64,000 bases of DNA from Chloroflexota bacterium (GTDB lineage Bacteria; Chloroflexota; Dehalococcoidia; Dehalococcoidales; JAUVZV01). The notes under the pieces are model-generated. The model worked only from the letters and a program-made list of their open reading frames with translations. It had not been told where the DNA came from and did not search any database. The position numbers and the translations under genes were made by a program. Positions 44,289 to 52,524 of the stretch are shown in pieces; positions within the stretch are counted from its first letter, which is position 1, and the number at the start of each line of letters is the position of its first letter. Where the stretch lies: positions 2,630 to 66,629 of the forward strand of contig JAUVZV010000001.1 of the NCBI GenBank assembly GCA_030602375.1. Reading direction: 5' to 3'.

Positions 44289-44317
44289 TTGACTTCCCCC
44301 GGTGGATACGGTATACT
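44289..44317 (+). promoter_or_regulatory. sigma70-type promoter TTGACT-N17-TATACT
   Basis: TTGACT at 44289-94, a 17-nt spacer, and TATACT at 44312-17, directly upstream of the riboswitch. Confidence 0.55.
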
Positions 44318-44329
44318 TAGTCAAAACTG

Positions 44330-44450
44330 AATAGGTAACTGAAGGTGTCCGAGGGCAACCGAGGGCTCAAATAGAGAGCAAGTCGGTGCAAATCCGATGC
44401 GGCCGCGCCGCTGTGACTGGTTTAAAGCCAGAAGCCAGAACTTCAGCCTT
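44330..44450 (+). promoter_or_regulatory. cobalamin (B12) riboswitch aptamer
   Basis: Core GTCGGTGCAAATCCGATGCGGCCGCGCCGCTGTGA and B12-box-like AAGCCAGAACTTCAGCC. P1 is CTGAAG (44339-44) paired with CTTCAG (44441-46). Cobalamin/siderophore-type ABC genes follow. Confidence 0.8.
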
Positions 44451-44505
44451 CTAAAATCCTACATGCCTCCGCGGGAGAGGGGTAGGACATTTATTTAATG
44501 GCCTG

Positions 44506-44539
44506 TCCCCCACCCCAGATGGTGGGGGATTTGTTTTTA
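44506..44539 (+). terminator. riboswitch expression-platform terminator
   Basis: TCCCCCACC (44506-14) pairs perfectly over 9 bp with GGTGGGGGA (44521-29), followed by TTTGTTTTTA. Confidence 0.7.
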
Positions 44540-44565
44540 TAACTAAAGGTCAAATGCGGAGATAA

Positions 44566-45495
44566 TTGATGTTAAAGACAGCTAAATACCTTTTGGTCTG
44601 GCTGCTATTTTTGGCAGTTCTTAGCGTCAGCCTCCTCGCCTGCGAGGCAGACGAGACCAAGACAAACCTTCCCGCCGAGATTATTGACCAACTTGGCAGA
44701 ACAGTAAAACTAGAGAAGCCCCCCGAACGCATCATCTCACTGGCTCCAAGCAATACCGAGATATTATTCGCCCTGAGATTGGGTGAGCGGGTGGTTGGAG
44801 TAACCGAATATTGTGACTTTCCACCCCAGGCTAAGGAGAAGGAAGTGGTCGGGGGCTTTTCCACACCCGATATTGAGAAAATAGTCTCCCTTTCCCCTGA
44901 CCTAATCCTGGCTACCTCTATGCACCAAAAGAGCGTAATACCAGAACTGGAAAGGCATAACCTAACTGTTTTAGCCTTAGTCCCCAAGACCCTGGCTGAT
45001 ATTCTAGAATCCATAACCTTAATTGGTAGAGCCTCAGGTCATGTTGATGAGGCAAAAGAGCTAGTTGAGAAGATGCAGGCAAGGATAGATAGAGTTAAAA
45101 GCCTCACCGCGGGACTTCCCCCTCAAGATAGACCGACTGTTTTTTATATTGTGTGGCATGACCCGCTATACACGGTAGGAGGAGACCAACTGCATAATGA
45201 AGTAATTGAGCTCGCCGGGGGTGAAAATATCTTTGGCGATATTAGCGGTTTTCCCACGGTAGACCTTGAAGTAATTCTGGAAAGAAACCCGGGGGTTATT
45301 GTAACCAGCGGAGGACATGGTAGCGCCGAAAATTCGCCACTTAAGTGGGCAACCAGCGAACCCAGGCTCAAAGTAACCGAGGCCCTAAAACGAGGCAGCG
45401 TATACGAAATTGATGCTGAGACCATCGGCCGGCCGGGACCACGCATCATAGAGGCCATTGAAGCCATGCTTAGATTTATACATCCCGAACTTTAA
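44566..45495 (+). CDS. btuF: cobalamin/siderophore-type ABC substrate-binding lipoprotein (BtuF-like)
   Basis: Lipobox SLLAC and Peripla_BP_2-like ERIISLAPSNTEILFAL...VGVTEYCDFP. It lies under the B12 riboswitch. The ATG is at 44569. Confidence 0.7.
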   Translation: MMLKTAKYLLVWLLFLAVLSVSLLACEADETKTNLPAEIIDQLGRTVKLEKPPERIISLAPSNTEILFALRLGERVVGVTEYCDFPPQAKEKEVVGGFSTPDIEKIVSLSPDLILATSMHQKSVIPELERHNLTVLALVPKTLADILESITLIGRASGHVDEAKELVEKMQARIDRVKSLTAGLPPQDRPTVFYIVWHDPLYTVGGDQLHNEVIELAGGENIFGDISGFPTVDLEVILERNPGVIVTSGGHGSAENSPLKWATSEPRLKVTEALKRGSVYEIDAETIGRPGPRIIEAIEAMLRFIHPEL

Positions 45496-45516
45496 GCGAG
45501 GTTATGAGCAGCAACG

Positions 45517-46605
45517 ATGACAATAGAAGACTCAGGACACTCCCATCTAGCTAAAATCGTCTGGGAGCGGGTAATATACCGACGCCGGCGTCTCTACGCC
45601 GTGGCCGGTCTCTTTCTCCTGCTTTGGCTGGCTATAGGCTTGGCTTCAAGCCTGGGCAGCGCCCAAGTTTCACCAGTAATGGTATGGCAGGTGCTCCTGT
45701 CCCTTCTGCCCGGGCTTAACCTAAGTTCAAATATACCTGATACCGTGGTTACGATAGTCTTGGATATAAGATTGCCGCGTATCCTGCTGGCAGGACTGGT
45801 AGGGGCCTCACTAGCTATTGCCGGAGCCACCTATCAGGGATTATTTCGAAACCCGCTGGCAGACCCCTACCTTTTGGGGATAGCCCAGGGCGCCGGCCTA
45901 GGCGCAACCATCGCCTTTCTGCTGCCCTTTTCTTTAGCCGCTACTGCCCTTGGCCTCATTCCTGTCCTAGCCTTTGCCGGTGCTATCCTAAGTGCCGGAA
46001 TTGTCTATGCCGTGGCTCGTGTGGGTAAGACCGTTCCCATGACCACCCTCATCCTAGCTGGCGTGGCACTGGGCGCTTTCCTAGCCTCCATCACCTCCTA
46101 CCTCTTGGTTTCATCCGGGGAACAACTACACAGCATCGTGCTCTGGCTTATGGGTGGGCTTTCCCTAAGCCACTGGGGTGAGGTAAAAATCCTGCTCCCC
46201 TACATACTGGTGGGTAGCCTCATCATCCATCTCTACAGCCGCCCCCTCAACATAATGCAACTTGATGAAGAACAAGCTCAACAACTGGGGGTGAACGTAG
46301 AAAGAGTAAAGCTAATTCTACTTTTTGCCGCCACCCTGATTACGGCCGCTGCCGTCTGCTTTGTGGGTATTATTGGTTTTGTGGGTATCATCGTGCCCCA
46401 CGCCATTCGCCTCATCTGGGGGGCAGACCACCACTTTCTCTTGCCACTTTCCTTTCTGGGTGGGGCGAGCTTTTTAATACTGGCGGATATGCTGGCTCGC
46501 ACCGTAATGGGTACGGCAGAAGTGCCGGTTGGTATCATCACCGCCTTTTGCGGGGCTCCTTTCTTCATCTATCTCTTAAGGAAAAGAAAACGGGTAATTT
46601 TTTAG
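45517..46605 (+). CDS. btuC: FecCD-family ABC permease (BtuC-like)
   Basis: 362 aa FecCD-type sequence (RLPRILLAGLVGASLAIAGATYQGLFRNPLADP). Confidence 0.85.
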   Translation: MTIEDSGHSHLAKIVWERVIYRRRRLYAVAGLFLLLWLAIGLASSLGSAQVSPVMVWQVLLSLLPGLNLSSNIPDTVVTIVLDIRLPRILLAGLVGASLAIAGATYQGLFRNPLADPYLLGIAQGAGLGATIAFLLPFSLAATALGLIPVLAFAGAILSAGIVYAVARVGKTVPMTTLILAGVALGAFLASITSYLLVSSGEQLHSIVLWLMGGLSLSHWGEVKILLPYILVGSLIIHLYSRPLNIMQLDEEQAQQLGVNVERVKLILLFAATLITAAAVCFVGIIGFVGIIVPHAIRLIWGADHHFLLPLSFLGGASFLILADMLARTVMGTAEVPVGIITAFCGAPFFIYLLRKRKRVIF

Positions 46606-46613
46606 GAGTGAAA

Positions 46614-47843
46614 TTGTCCTATCTTGAACTTAAAGGGGTCACCCTGGGATACACAAGTCAAGTAATCCTCAAAGACATTGATATTGAGGTGAATCTGGGT
46701 GAAATGCTGGGCATTATTGGCCCCAATGGCTCGGGTAAATCAACCCTCCTCCGAGCCATTAGCGGCGTACTTTCTACCCGCTCTGGCAATATTAAAATAG
46801 CGGGAAAGCCTATCTCCAAACTGTCCCGCCAGAATCTGGCCCAGTTGGTGGCGGTGGTGCCCCAGAACCCAATCCTTCCCGAAACCTTTACCGCTCTGGA
46901 AATAGTGCTTCTGGGACGATACCCCCACCTCGGACTACTCCGCTATGAGAGTCAAAAGGACTTAAGCATTGCCCTCGAGGCAATGGAGAAAACAGGCGTC
47001 GCTTCATTTGCCAAACGCTACATCAATCAACTTTCCGGCGGTGAGCGGCAGCGACTTTTGATTGCCCGCGCCCTGGCACAAAAGTCCAAGGTCATCCTGT
47101 TTGATGAGCCAACGGCACACCTTGACCTGCAGCACCAGCTCCAAATAATGGAACTCATTTCCGATTTGTCTGACCAAGGGATGGCTACTATGACTGCCAT
47201 CCACGACTTCTCGCTGGCAGCCCGCTACTGCCACCGTTTGATAATGTTAAACGATGGCAAGATCATAGCTGAAGGGGCAGCCACTTCGGTGATTACCCCG
47301 GAAAACATTGAGGCTGCTTTCGGACTCAAAGCCATGGTGTATCATGACCCCACCAGTGATAGACTGATTATTAGTCCTTTTAAGAGAAAGGTACGGTCCC
47401 AGCCTCATCGTATCCACATCATCGCCGGCGGTGGCCGCGGTGCCAGGGCCATTCAGCTCCTACATCAAGAAGGGTTTGAACTAACCGCCGGGGTGCTTAA
47501 CGAGGGTGATGTTGACCTGCCCATCGCCTCGGCCCTTTGCCATGAGGTCGTCATCATCCCACCCTTTTCTGCCATTAATATCGAAAAACACCAGCGAAAT
47601 CAGGAACTTAGTGCCCAGGCAGATTGTGTTGTTGTCTGCGATGTGCCTTTCGGTAAGGCTAACCTACTCAATCTAGAAGCGGCAACCAAGGCAAAACGGC
47701 TTATCTTAATTGAGGACACCCCTCTTAAAGGGCGGGACTTTAGTGGCGGGGCTACTTTAAAAATCTACTCCAAGCTCAGACCCAGAGCCAAATGCACGGT
47801 ATATAAAAACCTTACCAGTTCAATAGAAGAGATACTATCTTAA
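46614..47843 (+). CDS. btuD: ABC ATP-binding protein (BtuD/FepC-like) with an extra ~150-aa C-terminal domain
   Basis: GPNGSGKST, LSGGERQR and LFDEPT motifs. TTG 46614 lies 6 nt after GGAG. The C-terminal extension begins around HRIHIIAGGGRGARAIQLL. Confidence 0.8.
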   Translation: MSYLELKGVTLGYTSQVILKDIDIEVNLGEMLGIIGPNGSGKSTLLRAISGVLSTRSGNIKIAGKPISKLSRQNLAQLVAVVPQNPILPETFTALEIVLLGRYPHLGLLRYESQKDLSIALEAMEKTGVASFAKRYINQLSGGERQRLLIARALAQKSKVILFDEPTAHLDLQHQLQIMELISDLSDQGMATMTAIHDFSLAARYCHRLIMLNDGKIIAEGAATSVITPENIEAAFGLKAMVYHDPTSDRLIISPFKRKVRSQPHRIHIIAGGGRGARAIQLLHQEGFELTAGVLNEGDVDLPIASALCHEVVIIPPFSAINIEKHQRNQELSAQADCVVVCDVPFGKANLLNLEAATKAKRLILIEDTPLKGRDFSGGATLKIYSKLRPRAKCTVYKNLTSSIEEILS

Positions 47844-47989
47844 GAAGCCCAAAGTAGCCAAGCTTAAGTCAAACTAGTTGCCAGCAGTCCACACCGTATA
47901 AATTAGCCTGACGAGCATCTACAGGTACTTTAGCACTACTGGAACCCCAGGTTAACCTTATTTTAAGGATATTGCTGACTTTTGGGGTA

Positions 47990-48018
47990 TTGACATTGGA
48001 GGAATAATAGTTTATGCT
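47990..48018 (+). promoter_or_regulatory. sigma70-type promoter TTGACA-N17-TATGCT
   Basis: TTGACA at 47990-95, a 17-nt spacer, and TATGCT at 48013-18. It sits 25 nt upstream of the small zinc-ribbon gene. Confidence 0.5.
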
Positions 48019-48043
48019 TCATAGCCAAAAAGGGGGTAAACCA

Positions 48044-48184
48044 ATGCAAGCCTACTGTATGAAATGCCGCACTAAAAGAGAGATGAAAGATGCTAAGTCC
48101 ATAATTATGAAAAACAAACGACCAGCAACGCAAGGCGTCTGTCCCGTATGTGGGACCAAGATGTTCAAGATCGGGAAAAGCTAG
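48044..48184 (+). CDS. small zinc-ribbon protein (DUF5679-like), 46 aa
   Basis: Below the ORF-track cut-off. SD AAGGGGG is followed by ATG 48044. MQAYCMKCRTKREMKDAKSIIMKNKRPATQGVCPVCGTKMFKIGKS has CxxC...CxxC. Confidence 0.5.
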   Translation: MQAYCMKCRTKREMKDAKSIIMKNKRPATQGVCPVCGTKMFKIGKS

Positions 48185-48249
48185 AACCTGACATTATAAA
48201 CTTCTCTCCATACTCGGTAACGAACCTGATATTAGGGTATCAGAGGGAA

Positions 48250-48287
48250 AGAGGCTGGATATTTTTAAATCCAAATATCCAGCCTCT
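48250..48287 (+). terminator. 15-bp perfect hairpin downstream of the small gene
   Basis: AGAGGCTGGATATTT (48250-64) pairs with AAATATCCAGCCTCT (48273-87). The T-tract is weak (TATTG). Confidence 0.4.
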
Positions 48288-48358
48288 TATTGCTAGTGAT
48301 ATAATGCTATTAGGTCAAATTAACATTGAGCCTACCGGTTCGAATGACGAGGTGAGCT

Positions 48359-50800
48359 ATGCCAAAGGAGTTATCTGCCGAGCAAGTAAGGCGGCGGTGT
48401 GACCCGGCAATATTTAAATGCAATTCAACCGAGGAACTAAAGCCTCAGCAGAATATTATTGGTCAGGATAGAGCGCTAAGCGCCTTTAAACTTGGGCTTA
48501 ATATCCTTAAACCCGGCTTTAACATTTATGTCTCTGGGCTGGCTGGAACCGGCAGAACTACCGCAATCAGGTCTTTTCTGGAGGTACTAGCAGCAAAGAA
48601 GGAAACCCCTTCAGATTGGTGCTATGTCCATAATTTTCGTGATTCCTATTGCCCCAGAGCTTTGAGGGTGCCGCCAGGTATGGGGCAAACCTTGCAAAAA
48701 GACACCAAACGCCTGATAGATAATGCCAGACGCAGCATTGCTCAGGCTTTTTCAAGTAAGGAATATGCTGACCGACAGGCTGAAATAACCGAAAGCTTCA
48801 ATAAACAGAAAGAGGAGGCATTTAACCGTTTAAGTAAAAAGGCTCAAGATAAGGGTTTTCTGCTGCAGACGACACCAATTGGGCTAGTCTTTGCGCCAGC
48901 GCCTCAGGGTGAGCCAATGAAAGAGGAGGAGTATCATAAGCTAGGTTCCAAAGAGAAGGAGGGGTTAAGACAAAAGCAGGAGGAATTGACCAAGGAACTA
49001 AAGGAGGTAGTGGCGAAACTAAAGACCCAAGAAAATGCCGTTCAGAAACAACTGGAAGATACTGACCGGGAAGTAGCACGCTACTCAATCGGTCACCTCT
49101 TTGAAGAGCTTAAAGATAAGTACCACCAGTTTCCACAGGTGGTTGATTACCTAAAGGAGGTTGAGCAGGACGTTGTTGACAACTTTGGACAATTTAAGTC
49201 AGAACCGAAAGCCCCAGAAGCAGAGCCGCTGGCAGCCATGCAGGAGTTAGCAAGAAAACAGGCTTTCAGAAAGTATGAAATAAACGTTCTAGTTGATAAT
49301 TCGGAACTAAAAGGGGCGCCAGTCATCCTGGAGTTAAATCCTACCTTTAATAATCTCATTGGTCGTATTGAGAAGGAAGCCCAGTTTGGAGCTTTATATA
49401 CCGATTTCACTATGATCAAAAGCGGTTCACTGCACCAAGCCAACGGTGGTTATCTGGTGATGAGGGTTGAGGATATCCTGACCAATTTTCAGTCCTGGGA
49501 GGGTTTAAAGAGGACCCTGCGTGACGGGAAGTTGATTATTGAAGAGCTGGGAGAACGGCTCGGCTTTGTAGCTACCAAGAGCCTGAGGCCAGAGCCAATC
49601 CCACTTGATCTAAAAGCAGTCGTCATCGGGGAACCAATGCTTTACTATCTACTGCACCGATTGGACCCGGAGTTTAAGGAGCTATTTAAGGTTAAGGCTG
49701 ATTTTGATACCCGGATGGATAAGTCAGAAGCTGGCTTAAAAGACTACGCCGCGGTTATTTGCCAACTCTGTAACCAGGAGAATTTAAAACACCTAGATAG
49801 TTCCGCCCTAGCTAAAATCATCGAGCACAGTTCAAGACTGGCTGGTGACCAGGAAAAGCTTTCCACTTTATTTGCTGATATCGCTGACATTACCCGCGAG
49901 GCCAGCTTCTGGGCAAGTGAAGAGGGTGCTCAACTTATAAGCGCTAGCCACATTAAGAAGGCAATAGAGCAGAAGGTGTATCGCTCCAACCTTATCCAGG
50001 AGCGTATCAACGAGATGATAGAAAAGGGCACAATTATTATCGATACCGAGGGAGAAAGTGTCGGACAGGCAAATGGTCTCGCCATAATAGCCCTGGGTGA
50101 TTTTGCTTTCGGCAAGCCGAACCGAATAACCGCCAGCACCAGCGTCGGCAGGGAGGGGCTAATTGACATCGAGCGGGAAGCTAAGTTAGGAGGTCCCATC
50201 CACACTAAAGGGGTGATGATACTAAACGGCTATATCGCCGATAAATATGCCCGTGATTTGCCACTGGCGCTTTCAGCTCGCCTTGTCTTTGAACAAAGCT
50301 ACGAGGAGGTAGAAGGGGACAGCGCCTCAAGCACTGAACTTTACACCCTCCTTTCACGCCTCTCGGATGTGCCAATAAAGCAAGGTATCGCTGTTACCGG
50401 CTCGGTAAACCAGAAAGGAGAGGTGCAAGCTATTGGCGGTATCAACGAGAAGATTGAAGGCTTCTACGAGATATGCAAAGCCAACGGTTTTGATAAAAAA
50501 CAAGGGGTACTTATCCCAGAGAGTAATATCAGAAACTTGATGCTTAAAGAAGAGGTGGTAGAGGCAATCAGGGGCGGAAATTTCCATATCTACCCGGTAA
50601 GTACTATTGACCAAGGTATCGAAGTGCTAACCGGGGTGAAGGCGGGGCGGCGGCTTAAGGATGACAGCTTTGAACCTGACTCCATCAATGATAGGGTTCA
50701 AAAACGTCTTACCACCCTGGCGGAAAGGCTCCGGGACTTCACCAAAGGCAGCGAAACGGTTCAAGAAACCACTAAAAGTAAAGATAAGTCCCAAGCCTAA
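48359..50800 (+). CDS. LonC-type Lon-like serine protease (AAA-like domain with coiled-coil insertion, S16 protease domain)
   Basis: 813 aa. Degenerate Walker A GLAGTGRTT, a long charged coiled-coil insert, and an S16-like GDSASS...GGINEKIEG Ser-Lys dyad region. Confidence 0.75.
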   Translation: MPKELSAEQVRRRCDPAIFKCNSTEELKPQQNIIGQDRALSAFKLGLNILKPGFNIYVSGLAGTGRTTAIRSFLEVLAAKKETPSDWCYVHNFRDSYCPRALRVPPGMGQTLQKDTKRLIDNARRSIAQAFSSKEYADRQAEITESFNKQKEEAFNRLSKKAQDKGFLLQTTPIGLVFAPAPQGEPMKEEEYHKLGSKEKEGLRQKQEELTKELKEVVAKLKTQENAVQKQLEDTDREVARYSIGHLFEELKDKYHQFPQVVDYLKEVEQDVVDNFGQFKSEPKAPEAEPLAAMQELARKQAFRKYEINVLVDNSELKGAPVILELNPTFNNLIGRIEKEAQFGALYTDFTMIKSGSLHQANGGYLVMRVEDILTNFQSWEGLKRTLRDGKLIIEELGERLGFVATKSLRPEPIPLDLKAVVIGEPMLYYLLHRLDPEFKELFKVKADFDTRMDKSEAGLKDYAAVICQLCNQENLKHLDSSALAKIIEHSSRLAGDQEKLSTLFADIADITREASFWASEEGAQLISASHIKKAIEQKVYRSNLIQERINEMIEKGTIIIDTEGESVGQANGLAIIALGDFAFGKPNRITASTSVGREGLIDIEREAKLGGPIHTKGVMILNGYIADKYARDLPLALSARLVFEQSYEEVEGDSASSTELYTLLSRLSDVPIKQGIAVTGSVNQKGEVQAIGGINEKIEGFYEICKANGFDKKQGVLIPESNIRNLMLKEEVVEAIRGGNFHIYPVSTIDQGIEVLTGVKAGRRLKDDSFEPDSINDRVQKRLTTLAERLRDFTKGSETVQETTKSKDKSQA

Positions 50801-50810
50801 TACTGAAGAC

Positions 50811-51155
50811 CTAAAGCTTTGGTATCCCCCTCATCAGGTCATACCCGGACTTTTCATCAATACACACCACCTCGGCTGGCGGGTCAAGCACCCCTCCTGG
50901 ACCCGGTGTTTTTAGATATTGGTGGCGCACAGCATAGGTGTGCCGCCAGGACTCCAGGCTGTCGTACCAAAGCTCAGTTACCCGGACAAAGTTTGTTGGC
51001 CGCTCTGGGACATCAAGCACCTTCCAGGTCAGGTATTTCTTAAGGTCGGGGAAGTTTTTAGCCTCCTGGGTATGCACTTCAAAATACCACTTCTCCCCTT
51101 CCTCAACCGGGACACCTTCAGGATAACGCATTAGCCAAAGCCACTTAATCATCAT
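50811..51155 (-). CDS. EthD-like/dimeric alpha-beta barrel family protein (hypothetical)
   Basis: 114 aa. MIKWLWLMRYPEGVPVEEGEKWYFEVH resembles an EthD-domain N-terminus, but the match is weak. Confidence 0.3.
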   Translation of the reverse strand: MMIKWLWLMRYPEGVPVEEGEKWYFEVHTQEAKNFPDLKKYLTWKVLDVPERPTNFVRVTELWYDSLESWRHTYAVRHQYLKTPGPGGVLDPPAEVVCIDEKSGYDLMRGIPKL

Positions 51156-51248
51156 TATACCTCCCTCAAGCCCATCATTATAGGATTACTAAACCCTGCC
51201 GTCAATTAGTGCCGGAGTCGCCTAATTGGTTGACCAAAACCCCCTTAT

Positions 51249-51788
51249 ATGGGTAAGATTAGGCTGGAAAGGAGCGGTCAAATGACGGATTCTAAATCGA
51301 AGGAGAAGGTTTTAGAAGAGGTTTCTCAAAAGGCAAAGGAAGCGGAAATAAACTACCACGGCTGCAGCCGCTGCACCCTATACGGCTTAAAAGAGCACTT
51401 TGACTTTATTCCTCAAGATTTAATCAGAGCCTCAATGGTTCTAGCTGGTGGCTGTAGCTCAAGCAATGGCAGTTGTGGTGCCTACTCCGGCGGTTTACTT
51501 GCCATCGGCCTTAAATACCAGCCACCAATGGAAGACCTCTCCCCAGAAGCCCAAGAGAGGCGTCTCCGATCTAGAGAAAAGCAGTTTGCCTTCAGGAATA
51601 CCTTTATAAAAGAGTTTGGCTCAACCCTCTGCCCGGATATACAGGAGCTTAAGTTCGGGCGACGCTTCAATATGCTGGATAAAAAAGACTGGGAAGAGTT
51701 TATGAACCTGCCCGGGCATTATGAAAAATGTGCCGAGGTAGTAGCCAAAGGCACCCGTCTGGCAGCTGAGGTTCTGCTCGAAGATTAA
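51249..51788 (+). CDS. C_GCAxxG_C_C family protein
   Basis: Contains CSRC and GSCGAYSGG (the GCAxxG motif) plus downstream Cys residues. The start may be ATG 51291. Confidence 0.65.
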   Translation: MGKIRLERSGQMTDSKSKEKVLEEVSQKAKEAEINYHGCSRCTLYGLKEHFDFIPQDLIRASMVLAGGCSSSNGSCGAYSGGLLAIGLKYQPPMEDLSPEAQERRLRSREKQFAFRNTFIKEFGSTLCPDIQELKFGRRFNMLDKKDWEEFMNLPGHYEKCAEVVAKGTRLAAEVLLED

Positions 51789-51850
51789 CAAAAACTTAAA
51801 TCAGGCAACTGATTCCCAGCCTAGAAGCAGCTAGGGGAAGTCTTTTTACA

Positions 51851-52354
51851 CTAGTCCACACGTTTGAACATACTTTTTGGTGCCCCGCAGATAGGGCACT
51901 TCTCCGGGGCTTCACCCTCAACCGTATTGCCGCAGCCCTGGCAGACAAAGTAAGGTTCATCCTTGAGAGCCTCACCTCCCTCAAGGCTTTTAAGCGCCTT
52001 CTCATAAAGACCGTGGTGAATCTTCTCAACCTGATTTGCCCAACTAAAGCTGGTCTTGGCTTGGCTATTTTCAGCCTCAGCTTGCTTAATAAACTCGGGA
52101 TACATCTGGGTAAACTCATAGTTTTCACCGCTTACAGCGTCTTTAAGATTGTCTTTGGTTGAACCAATGCCCCCCAAAGCATTTAAGTGGTTTCGGGCAT
52201 GAACTCTTTCAGCTTCAGCCGCCGCCTGAAAAAGTTTGGCAATTTGCCTCAAGTCTTCCTTATCCGCCCTCTCAGCAAAGAAAAGATATTTTCGGTTCGC
52301 CTGGCTTTCCCCAGCAAAAGCAGCCTTAAGGTTTTCATCAGTATTACTCATCAT
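51851..52354 (-). CDS. rbr: rubrerythrin
   Basis: Diiron ExxH four-helix-bundle motifs and a C-terminal rubredoxin-like CQGCG...CPICG. Confidence 0.9.
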   Translation of the reverse strand: MMSNTDENLKAAFAGESQANRKYLFFAERADKEDLRQIAKLFQAAAEAERVHARNHLNALGGIGSTKDNLKDAVSGENYEFTQMYPEFIKQAEAENSQAKTSFSWANQVEKIHHGLYEKALKSLEGGEALKDEPYFVCQGCGNTVEGEAPEKCPICGAPKSMFKRVD

Positions 52355-52524
52355 TCAGCTCCTTTATTACCGCTTGTTGCATATGGAATCTTTCTGCATT
52401 TATAATACTACCAGATAACTTCAGGGTCAATTTTGCTTTTCCATTAGAGCCGTGCTGATAAAACCTACTTTATATAATTTAATTTATTCTACCCTTAATA
52501 ATAAAAGGAGAAGGAGGCTTATAA

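Noticed and set aside
43442-45014. 165-aa and 154-aa minus-strand ORFs (43442..43939 and 44550..45014)
   Set aside because: They are antisense to the ABC-2 permease and the BtuF-like gene respectively, both of which have clear family signatures.
48337-48345. tRNA T-loop-like GGTTCGAAT
   Set aside because: The flanking bases cannot form a T-stem, and no acceptor or anticodon arms are evident. It is not a tRNA. I found no tRNA or rRNA anywhere in the window.
48148-48402. 84-aa plus-strand ORF between the zinc-ribbon gene and the Lon-like gene
   Set aside because: It starts inside the small gene, reads through the 15-bp terminator hairpin and a TGnTATAAT promoter-like element, and overlaps the Lon-like start. 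It is most likely non-coding.
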